A stretch of 64,000 nucleotides of DNA. Source: Bacilli bacterium (GTDB taxonomy: Bacteria > Bacillota_I > Bacilli_A > ML615J-28 > CAG-698). A model generated the notes under the pieces. It ran no database searches. It saw only the letters and a program-made list of their open reading frames with translations, and was not told the DNA's origin. This document shows, in pieces, positions 30,066-38,391 of the stretch (positions are counted from its first letter, which is position 1; each line of letters starts with the position of its first letter). A program made the translations under genes and the position numbers. Location: positions 160,001 to 224,000 of the forward strand of contig JBMNLZ010000003.1 of NCBI GenBank assembly GCA_050953065.1, read 5' to 3'.

Positions 30066-31208
30066 TTAGCCAAAAAACGTTAATAACGCTCCAGCTGCAA
30101 TCGCTGAACCAATAACACCTGCAACATTTGGTCCCATTGCATGCATTAATAAATAATTAGTTTGATCGTATCTTTGACCTTCTTTTTGAACAACTCTAGC
30201 TGACATTGGCACAGCACTAACTCCAGCTGCTCCAATTAAAGGATTAACTTTACCCTTTGTTGCCCAGCACATTATTTTACCACCTAATACTCCACTAAAT
30301 GTAGAGAAAGAAAAAGCAATAACTCCAAGCCCTAAGATTAACAAGGTTTCAACAGCTAAGAATCTTTCTCCAGTTGCAGTTGCTCCAACGCTTACGCCTA
30401 GTAAAATAGTAACAATATAAAGCATTGCATTAGCAGAAACTTCTGTAAGTTTAGGTACAACACCTGATTCTTTAAATAAATTTCCAAGCATTAAGCAGCC
30501 AACTAAAGGTGCGCATGACGGTACTAATAACAATACTACTAAGGTAACAAGAATTGGAAATAAGATTTTTTCTAATTTACTCACTTCTCTTAATTGTTCC
30601 ATTTTAATTTCACGTTCTTTTTTTGTAGTCATCATTCTCATAATAGGAGGTTGAATTACAGGAACAAGTGCCATATAAGAATAAGCTGCTACACTAATCG
30701 CACCCAATAGGTGAGGTGCTAACTTATTAGTAAGATAAATTGCAGTTGGCCCATCAGCTCCACCTATTATAGCAATTGATGATGCTTCTAATCCATTAAA
30801 TTGAGGAAGTAAAATAGCTGCTAAGAAAGTTAAAAAAATTCCAAGTTGAGCAGCTCCCCCTAACAAAATGCTTTTAGGATTTGCAATTAAAGGCCCAAAA
30901 TCAGTTGTTGCACCAATTCCTAAAAAAATTAAAGCAGGATATATACCAAGTTTAACACCTTGATATAGATAATAAATTAATCCTCCAGCTTCTGTTTCGG
31001 TTGGTTCTGCCATAAGATTAGTAAAAGGTAAATTTACAAGTAGCATACCAAATGCAATCGGAACTAATAAATAAGGTTCAAATCCTTTTTTAATAGCTAA
31101 ATAAATTAAAACTAAAGATATTACTATCATAATTAAATTTTTCCAATTGCCTTCAAAAAAACTATATAACCCTGTTGATTTCCAAAACTCTATTAAAACT
31201 TCGCTCAT
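30066..31208 (-). CDS. oadB: Na+-translocating decarboxylase beta subunit
   Basis: EPYLLVPIAFG, DFGPL, IIGGADGPT, AAYSYMAL, AGVSAVPM, HAMGPNVAGVIGSA. Confidence 0.93.
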   Translation of the reverse strand: MSEVLIEFWKSTGLYSFFEGNWKNLIMIVISLVLIYLAIKKGFEPYLLVPIAFGMLLVNLPFTNLMAEPTETEAGGLIYYLYQGVKLGIYPALIFLGIGATTDFGPLIANPKSILLGGAAQLGIFLTFLAAILLPQFNGLEASSIAIIGGADGPTAIYLTNKLAPHLLGAISVAAYSYMALVPVIQPPIMRMMTTKKEREIKMEQLREVSKLEKILFPILVTLVVLLLVPSCAPLVGCLMLGNLFKESGVVPKLTEVSANAMLYIVTILLGVSVGATATGERFLAVETLLILGLGVIAFSFSTFSGVLGGKIMCWATKGKVNPLIGAAGVSAVPMSARVVQKEGQRYDQTNYLLMHAMGPNVAGVIGSAIAAGALLTFFG

Positions 31209-31226
31209 TTTTCACCATACCCCTTA

Positions 31227-31565
31227 TTAATTTGTTTTTTTAATAGATACGACATTAGCTTCTTCATTTAATTCATTTTTATATTCTATCGCTGCAACAA
31301 TTGCTGCAACTTCTGCTTCTTCATCATCGGTACTAACACCTACTGGTTGATGAACTATTTTGGGTTCAGTTTCAAGTGTTGCAACAGTTTTATCTTTTTC
31401 TGAAACTTCGCTTTTAGTAATTTTAATTCCCTTCAAAAAATTAATTAAGCCATATAATAATATTAAAATAATAAAAACTAAAAACATTGATACAAAAGTA
31501 ACAATCAAAGCCTCACCAAAATTTTCAGCTCCAAAATTTTCACCATCGTAAACTGCAAGAAACAT
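31227..31565 (-). CDS. oadG: Na+-translocating decarboxylase gamma/delta subunit (OadG family)
   Basis: Single TM (M.LVF.IL.LL), linker, VAAIVAAI motif; adjacent to the beta subunit. Confidence 0.8.
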   Translation of the reverse strand: MFLAVYDGENFGAENFGEALIVTFVSMFLVFIILILLYGLINFLKGIKITKSEVSEKDKTVATLETEPKIVHQPVGVSTDDEEAEVAAIVAAIEYKNELNEEANVVSIKKTN

Positions 31566-31721
31566 TTTTCCACCTCAATAATACATTTTAACCTTTATAA
31601 GCCTATCTTTTTATATTTTATCATTTTATATAGAGTTTTGCAATCATTTTATATACTAGTTTTACTTGTAAAAAAAACTATATTGTCTTATAATAAGTAT
31701 ATAAATAGAAAGGAGTTTATT

Positions 31722-31985
31722 ATGGCTAAAAGTTCTTTTGATGGAAAATTTATTGGTTTACTATCTTTTATTGCACTTGTAGTATGGGGCATTTGTAAGT
31801 TAATTGCTCAATTAGGTGGAGATGCTGGTGCCCTTGGTCACATTGGTACTATCTGTTTAATCGTAGCAACTTTTTTATCAGCTTGGAATTTTGTTTGCAA
31901 TAAAGCACAAGTTTGGAAAATCATCTATTTCGTACTTTTAATTTTTGTGATTATAATGTATCTATGGCCACATGTATTTAAATAA
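31722..31985 (+). CDS. Small hypothetical membrane protein (3 TM)
   Basis: SD aggag before ATG at 31722 (the track start at 31638 is too far upstream); terminator aagtcttc/gaagactt follows. Confidence 0.75.
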   Translation: MAKSSFDGKFIGLLSFIALVVWGICKLIAQLGGDAGALGHIGTICLIVATFLSAWNFVCNKAQVWKIIYFVLLIFVIIMYLWPHVFK

Positions 31986-32010
31986 GTCTTCATTAGAAGA
32001 CTTATTTTCT

Positions 32011-33498
32011 TTAAGTATACTTATTTATAACCATAGGAATTGTATTAATAATATCACTAGCAACTAACGTATATTCATTTTGGTAACTACCAACTGCACT
32101 TTCTGCAGTCTCACCCAAAATATACGATGCAACAGCAGCTATTTTTAAGGTTTCCTTACTTCTACTTGCAAGACCTACTAAAATACCACTTAAAACATCT
32201 CCACTTCCTGCTTTAGCAAGACCTGAATTTCCAGTAATATTAATATATGTATCAGTAGGAGATGCAATAATTGAAACAGCACTTTTCAAAACAACTGTTA
32301 AATTATATGTATATGCAAAATCTCTAGCTACTTGAATTCCTTTTTGTTTTATTTCATCGACGTCTTTATCTGATAATCTCGCAAATTCTTTAATATGTGG
32401 AGTAATAATTACTTCACATTTTTTCATTTTTAAAACCCCAACACCATATGTTGCTAAAGAATTTAGACCATCAGCATCAATTATTAAAGTTTTAGAATAA
32501 TTCTTTAATAGATACTCAATAGTCTTATAAACTTCCTTGCTAACTCCTAGCCCCATTCCTATAGCAATCGCATCACTATGAGATATTATTTTATTTAAAT
32601 TCTTTTTATCAAAAAGTAAGTTTCCGTTTTTATCTTTAATTAAAAAGTAAGTGTTTTCTAAAGCATTTAACGCAAAATTACTATAAAGCGATTTTGGTAT
32701 GGCAAGTTGAGCATAACCTGATCCCATTTTTAAAGCACATAAGGCATTAAAACTAATAGCACTAGCTCCGATTAATTCTTTACTACCTGCAATAATTGTA
32801 GCTTTACCAAAACTACCCTTATGTACATTTCTATCTCTTTTTGGAAAAAACTCCTTTACTTCCTTTTCTTCTAAAATACCAGAAGATTTAGTAACTGAAG
32901 GAAAAATCCCAATATTTTCAACTACTAGTTCACCAGAATAATCTAGTCCATCATTTAAAAAATGACCATTCTTATAAAAACCTAAAGCAATTGTTAGATT
33001 AGCTTGAACTGCAATATTTAAAACTAGCCCATTATCAGCATTAATTCCGCTTGGAATATCTACACTAATTACATAAGCATTAGATTCATTAATCTTGATA
33101 ATAGTTTCATATAAATCTTGTTCAATCCCACGTGATAATCCAATACCAAATAAAGCATCTACAATAATATCATATTTATCAATAGGATATTTATTATGAA
33201 TTTTTCCACTAAATTGCTTTTTATTTTTTTCTCTTTCTTTTGAACCAACACCTTTAATAGCAAAAACTTCTACATCAAAATCTTGTTCTAAAAGTTTTCT
33301 TGCTACTACAAAACCATCTCCACCGTTATTTCCTAAACCACAGACTACTAATACTTTCTTTTTTTGAAATCTTTTTGAAATTTCTAAAGCTATCGCACTA
33401 CCTGCTTCTTCCATTAGTTCCAGAGAAGTAACACCTTTTTGTTCCATAGTAAAGGTTTCTGAGTTCTTCATTTCATCGCTTGAGACTACTAAAAACAT
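32011..33498 (-). CDS. nnr: Bifunctional NAD(P)H-hydrate epimerase/dehydratase (YjeF)
   Basis: LMEEAG, GLGNNGGDG, VDALFGIG, DIPSG; HKGSFG, DADGL, TPH.KEF.RL, AGSGDVL. Confidence 0.93.
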   Translation of the reverse strand: MFLVVSSDEMKNSETFTMEQKGVTSLELMEEAGSAIALEISKRFQKKKVLVVCGLGNNGGDGFVVARKLLEQDFDVEVFAIKGVGSKEREKNKKQFSGKIHNKYPIDKYDIIVDALFGIGLSRGIEQDLYETIIKINESNAYVISVDIPSGINADNGLVLNIAVQANLTIALGFYKNGHFLNDGLDYSGELVVENIGIFPSVTKSSGILEEKEVKEFFPKRDRNVHKGSFGKATIIAGSKELIGASAISFNALCALKMGSGYAQLAIPKSLYSNFALNALENTYFLIKDKNGNLLFDKKNLNKIISHSDAIAIGMGLGVSKEVYKTIEYLLKNYSKTLIIDADGLNSLATYGVGVLKMKKCEVIITPHIKEFARLSDKDVDEIKQKGIQVARDFAYTYNLTVVLKSAVSIIASPTDTYINITGNSGLAKAGSGDVLSGILVGLASRSKETLKIAAVASYILGETAESAVGSYQNEYTLVASDIINTIPMVINKYT

Positions 33499-33517
33499 AA
33501 AACACCTCCTAAAAAAA

Positions 33518-33543
33518 TATTCTCCACCCCAAGGTGGAGAATA
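33518..33543 (-). terminator. Terminator after SIS-domain gene
   Basis: tattctccacc-N4-ggtggagaata with T-run on minus strand. Confidence 0.75.
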
Positions 33544-33546
33544 ATA

Positions 33547-35310
33547 CTATTTCACTTCAGGTTCAAATCCTAATCTTCTTAATGACTCAACAACATAAGA
33601 TTCTTTATAAACTTGACCTTCTTCTCTTCCTAGATATGATTTAAAGAATTCTTCCAATGCTTGTTCATATGGAATGTTTGCAATTGTAGCGATAATTCTA
33701 GTACTACGATCAATAAGTTTCTTATTTGTCGGCAATACTTGAATCATCCAATTTGACCATACACGTCCTAATTTTGTCATGGAAGCTGTTGAAATCAAAT
33801 TGAATAAAACTTTAATCATTGTATGAGACATTAATTCAGTAATTGTATGAGATACTTTTACAGGAATTAAAATTTCATTATCAGCTAACTTTTTGTTTGG
33901 AATCTCACCAATTCTTAAAACTACACCACCAGAAAACTTCTTAACATTTTCATTATACCAAGCCATTGTTTTTCCACAAGCTGAACCATGGATATCAACA
34001 CATACTAATTTTGAATTAGGTTGAGAATATCTTGATGGATCATCTTCATTACCAATTTCATAATCTCTAACATATTCTGTTCCAACTTGAGGTGGATTAT
34101 TAATTATTGCTTGAGAAGCTCCTAAACGTTTGTAATCTTCAACAGTCCATTCTAATCCTTTGGGCTCTCTTCTTAAAAGATGTTGCCAAGCAACTTCTGT
34201 TGGATAAAGTGGATCTTTGATAAACGCCCAACTAACTTGACTTGTTTTATCAGATTTTCTTCTAAAAGGAGGAATTGTAAAAGTAGGTTGTCTTTCTGTA
34301 GTATCTGTCATGATATCAAGTTGATAATCATGAGTAGCATAAGTTATTAACCCACCTTTTTTATAAGTTTCTGCTTCATATTCAATATATTTAGCAATTC
34401 CACTAACTGCAGGTTCACTTGATAATTGATCTAACATTCTAGTATATTCAGCTGTATATTCTTCAATTGTAAAAGCACCATCACCCAAAATAGAAAGTTC
34501 AGTTTCAGATAGATTTTCTTTTAACCATTGCCATCCAGCTATTTCTAAAGCTGCACCAACTGCTAATAATTGTACTGTAGCTGCTTGCATACGTGTAGAA
34601 CCAGCAATTGCCATATTTCCAGCAAATAAATAAATTTTTTGAATGTTTTCTCTTTCAAAAACAACTCTAACTCTATCTAAATATTTGCATAAGATTTCTT
34701 TTGGATTGTAATATACATAATAAGTTGTACAACCTCTGTCATCTGCTTCTAATACTGAACCATTAATACTTGCAGATAAACCACATTCAGCAAGTCCAAT
34801 TACTAAATCGCCTTTTCCTACATTAGCATCAATAACTTGTTGGCGACCAAAACTCATATAGTCTTCATAATTTTCAACTGAACGAACAATAGCTCTATCT
34901 CCACCAGTAATCATACTAATAGTTAGATTAGAAATTTCAATAAATTTTTCTTTTAATCTTGGAAGTTTTTGAGTAACTGCAGTCCAAAACGCTCTCCAAC
35001 CATTATCAATTTGAACAGCCATTCTTCCAGATGCTCCAACACTTGATAAAAGAATTGTTTTTCTATTATCAATTGCTTTTTTGATATCCTTTACTAAATT
35101 TTTAAATTCTTGAGTTTTAGCTGCATCATTAACAGCACGCGGGATATCTCTATCCGCATCTAAAATCATTTTAACTCCAGCTTTTGTGTCCTTAAGCAAT
35201 ACAGAGCTTAACCCTTTTGTAATAGGATTAGGTTGTTCTGTTGGAATCATCCCTAATTGAAATTGTTTTTCATTTTCTAAAAAATTTTTGGCTGCACTTT
35301 TATAATCCAT
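33547..35310 (-). CDS. MurQ/glucokinase-regulatory-protein-like SIS-domain sugar-phosphate protein
   Basis: PTEQPNP, GASGR, ITGGD.A...SVENYED, AGSTRMQA and C-terminal FNLIST..M..LGRV.SN.M..V..TNKKLIDR; 587 aa. Confidence 0.75.
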   Translation of the reverse strand: MDYKSAAKNFLENEKQFQLGMIPTEQPNPITKGLSSVLLKDTKAGVKMILDADRDIPRAVNDAAKTQEFKNLVKDIKKAIDNRKTILLSSVGASGRMAVQIDNGWRAFWTAVTQKLPRLKEKFIEISNLTISMITGGDRAIVRSVENYEDYMSFGRQQVIDANVGKGDLVIGLAECGLSASINGSVLEADDRGCTTYYVYYNPKEILCKYLDRVRVVFERENIQKIYLFAGNMAIAGSTRMQAATVQLLAVGAALEIAGWQWLKENLSETELSILGDGAFTIEEYTAEYTRMLDQLSSEPAVSGIAKYIEYEAETYKKGGLITYATHDYQLDIMTDTTERQPTFTIPPFRRKSDKTSQVSWAFIKDPLYPTEVAWQHLLRREPKGLEWTVEDYKRLGASQAIINNPPQVGTEYVRDYEIGNEDDPSRYSQPNSKLVCVDIHGSACGKTMAWYNENVKKFSGGVVLRIGEIPNKKLADNEILIPVKVSHTITELMSHTMIKVLFNLISTASMTKLGRVWSNWMIQVLPTNKKLIDRSTRIIATIANIPYEQALEEFFKSYLGREEGQVYKESYVVESLRRLGFEPEVK

Positions 35311-35414
35311 TCTTTAAAATCCTCCTTGGAATATACTATATTTTTGCTTTAAAAATCATATACATTATAACAAACTCCTTGACTTATTGCAAGGAGATTT
35401 GCTTAAAATAAATG

Positions 35415-35450
35415 AATAAGAAGAATAGATTAATATCTATTCTTCTTATT
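35415..35450 (-). terminator. 16-bp perfect hairpin ending the sigma/anti-sigma unit
   Basis: aataagaagaatagat-taat-atctattcttcttatt. Confidence 0.7.
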
Positions 35451-35527
35451 GGGGAGGGGAGAGAGAGGTAAATTTTTTTAAAAAAATAAGATACCTCTAT
35501 TTTTAGATTGGGGATCTAAAAACCTAA

Positions 35528-36769
35528 TTAATATTGGGCGCCATCACGCGGCTTTTCTTTTGGTCTAAATGGATTATCAAATTGATATTTTTCATCTTGA
35601 CCAAATCGATATTCATATCTTTTTTTCGGAGTATTTGTATTTGCCTGATCATTTGTCTGATCAACGATATAAACATCTACTTCTTTTTCTTGGTTATTTG
35701 AACGGTGTTTTATCGAAATACCGTTACCATCTTTCATTGGTTTTTTTTCAAACATAAATTCTTCAGTAAAATTGTTTTTACGATATTCAAATCTTAATTC
35801 AGTTTCTTGATCAGTTTTATGAAGTTTCATTGTAGTTTCGTATGAAAACTGATTGTTAAAGTAAACTTTATATTCAGTATCATTTTCTTCGCTGTTTAAA
35901 TTTTTTTCAACTTCAACCCAATTTTTTTCATCTGCCTTAACTGTTAAACATAAAACTGACTTTTCTAGAGTTGTCTTCTTTATTCCTATTACATCATATT
36001 TTTTTTCATTATAAATAATAAATCCCGAAAAACTATACTCATCATCTTCAATAGTACCATTTGTAATATTGTAATAAAAAGTATACTCAAAACAATTCCC
36101 TAAATATGTCTCAATTGTAATTTTTTCTTTATAAGCAAACTCTTCAAAATCAGATTCTAATTCTTCAACTTTAAATGCTTTTTTATTTTGAATCATTTGT
36201 TCTGATAAAATTAAGAATCTATGCATTCTAACTGCCATTTCCTTATCATTTTGAGGAGGACATTCAGGTGCTGAAAATCCTGGATCTATTTCCATACCTG
36301 GACCTGGTCCCATTCCTGGATCAATCTCTATTTCTATTCCTGATTCTGTTCCAGGGCCTCCTTTTGGAAACAGTGTACAACTTAACTGTTCTACAAAATT
36401 CATTTTTTCTACATCTGAATCTTCATTAAACATGTGTAAAGCTGAAATCGATTCAACAGCCATAACATTACTTGTTTGAGTAACAATTGGATCATCTTCG
36501 CCAATATCAAGTCCTACTTTATTGTTAACTACAACTAAAACTACAACTAATGAAATAACTAAAAGCATCGCAAAAGACATTGCATTTTTAAAACTAAAAA
36601 TAGTTCTTCTTGCTTTTGTCTTTTCAACTACCCTAATATTAGCTTCTTTAGGGCGAAGATTATATTTCGCCATAATATCAGAGGCTAAATCAGGAACAAC
36701 GATTGAATCAAATTCTGATTTTATTCTATTAATAATATCAGATTTAGTTGTCTTTTTCATCTTCGTCAC
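35528..36769 (-). CDS. Putative single-TM anti-sigma factor with large extracytoplasmic domain
   Basis: Overlaps the ECF sigma stop; short cytoplasmic N-terminus with VPDL, one TM, beta-rich outer domain. Confidence 0.7.
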   Translation of the reverse strand: MTKMKKTTKSDIINRIKSEFDSIVVPDLASDIMAKYNLRPKEANIRVVEKTKARRTIFSFKNAMSFAMLLVISLVVVLVVVNNKVGLDIGEDDPIVTQTSNVMAVESISALHMFNEDSDVEKMNFVEQLSCTLFPKGGPGTESGIEIEIDPGMGPGPGMEIDPGFSAPECPPQNDKEMAVRMHRFLILSEQMIQNKKAFKVEELESDFEEFAYKEKITIETYLGNCFEYTFYYNITNGTIEDDEYSFSGFIIYNEKKYDVIGIKKTTLEKSVLCLTVKADEKNWVEVEKNLNSEENDTEYKVYFNNQFSYETTMKLHKTDQETELRFEYRKNNFTEEFMFEKKPMKDGNGISIKHRSNNQEKEVDVYIVDQTNDQANTNTPKKRYEYRFGQDEKYQFDNPFRPKEKPRDGAQY

Positions 36770-37289
36770 CTACTTTCTTTTTTATTTTCTTTAATGCATT
36801 ATTATATATCCACAAAACTGTCCCTAAAGGTTTTTTTACAACTTGTGCAATTTCCTTATGTGTCATATCATGAACAATACGCATTACAACAATTTCTATT
36901 TCTTTTGGATTTAAGACCTCATACATTGTTTGCATTAATGTATGTTCTTCATCTTTTACTCTTTCTACACTTCCATAAACTTCTTCTTGTTCATATTCAT
37001 CAACATAGACTTCTCTTTTACGTTTATTGTATTCATTCAATGATAAATTCCTAGCTATTGTTATAATCCAAGCAAATGGATTAGTATTTTCTTTATACAT
37101 TGAAAGAGAATCTAATATTTTCAAATATGTATCTTGCATAATATCTTCAGCTAGACTTTGATCTTTTAGAATCGCAATTATAGTGTAGTATACATTATTT
37201 TTAGTTTCATAATAGAATTCATCAAAAAATTCCATTCTACCATCTTTTAATAAAGAGATTAACTCTTCTAATCTTTCTTTATCAGCCAT
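36744..37289 (-). CDS. ECF-type RNA polymerase sigma factor
   Basis: Region 2 AEDIMQDTYLK...WIITIARN; region 4 THKEIAQVVKKPLGTV; start MADKERL after SD aagggg. Confidence 0.92.
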   Translation of the reverse strand: MADKERLEELISLLKDGRMEFFDEFYYETKNNVYYTIIAILKDQSLAEDIMQDTYLKILDSLSMYKENTNPFAWIITIARNLSLNEYNKRKREVYVDEYEQEEVYGSVERVKDEEHTLMQTMYEVLNPKEIEIVVMRIVHDMTHKEIAQVVKKPLGTVLWIYNNALKKIKKKVGDEDEKDN

Positions 37290-37392
37290 TTTTCTCCCCT
37301 TACTAATTATAAATGGCATTATAATTAATCTTTTATTTTCCCATTAAATAAACAAATAACTATTGATTTTTATTGGATTTATTTGAATATTT

Positions 37393-38289
37393 TTAATTTT
37401 TTTTTATATCTTCTAAAGTGGGAATCGCCTCTAGAACATATTTTTTTAAAACACTTTGACTAGCCAAAGCATTTGCTGTTAAAACACTATCATATAAAGT
37501 GTTACCCTTTACTAACATATAAGCTAAAATACCATTAAAAATATCTCCAGCTCCTGTTGTATCTATAGCTTTTAAAGGAGTCGTTGCAATATGCCTAAAT
37601 TTACCATCATAAATTAGAGCACCTTTTTCTCCTAAAGTTATTACAATTTCTTGAACACCTTTTTCTTTAAACCTACTTTTTACTTTATCATAATCATTTA
37701 AATTTTCAATTTTAAAAATATCTTTAACCTCATGTTCATTTGGAGTCATTAATAAACTATATTTAAAATAATCAGAAACGAAATTTTTTGAAGGTGCTGG
37801 ATTTAAAATGACTTTTACTTTATACTTATTAGCAATTTCAATTACTTTAAAATTAATTTCATTAGGTATTTCTAATTGTAATAAAACTAAATCACTTTTT
37901 TTAATGATTTCTTCTATTTCAATAAAATCTAAATCCTCTAATTCTAACTTTACTCCAGGAAAAACTGTAACTTGATTATTACCTTTTGAATTAGTTAAAA
38001 TACAAGCAAAAGGAGCCTTACCTTTTTTTTCTTTAATATAGTAATTTATATTATATTTTTTTAAGTCATTTTTTACTAATTTAGAAAAAACATCATCTCC
38101 AAGAGAACAAATAAAGTTTACATTTACTCCCTGATAGGCAAGGGTTAAAGCTTGATTGAACCCCTTTGCTCCTATTTCTTCATGCATAATGTTTGAAATT
38201 AGAGTTTCACCTTTTTTATGAAAGTTTTCTACTTCCATAAAAACGCTATACCCAACAATTCCAAAAACAGTAATCATAAAATCACTCAT
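37393..38289 (-). CDS. rbsK: PfkB-family sugar kinase, ribokinase-like
   Basis: GAKGFNQA, LQLEIP, LNPAP, PNEHE, TLGEKGA, DTTGAGDIF. Confidence 0.8.
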   Translation of the reverse strand: MSDFMITVFGIVGYSVFMEVENFHKKGETLISNIMHEEIGAKGFNQALTLAYQGVNVNFICSLGDDVFSKLVKNDLKKYNINYYIKEKKGKAPFACILTNSKGNNQVTVFPGVKLELEDLDFIEIEEIIKKSDLVLLQLEIPNEINFKVIEIANKYKVKVILNPAPSKNFVSDYFKYSLLMTPNEHEVKDIFKIENLNDYDKVKSRFKEKGVQEIVITLGEKGALIYDGKFRHIATTPLKAIDTTGAGDIFNGILAYMLVKGNTLYDSVLTANALASQSVLKKYVLEAIPTLEDIKKN

Positions 38290-38351
38290 ATAAAACACCT
38301 CTAATTTAAATAATTATACACTAAAAACAATATTTTTTCCATTGTTAAATA

Positions 38352-38379
38352 AAAAATGTGAGATTAATCTCACATTTTT
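38352..38379 (-). terminator. Terminator after ABC permease
   Basis: aaaaatgtgagat / atctcacattttt. Confidence 0.7.
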
Positions 38380-38391
38380 AAAAACTATTTT

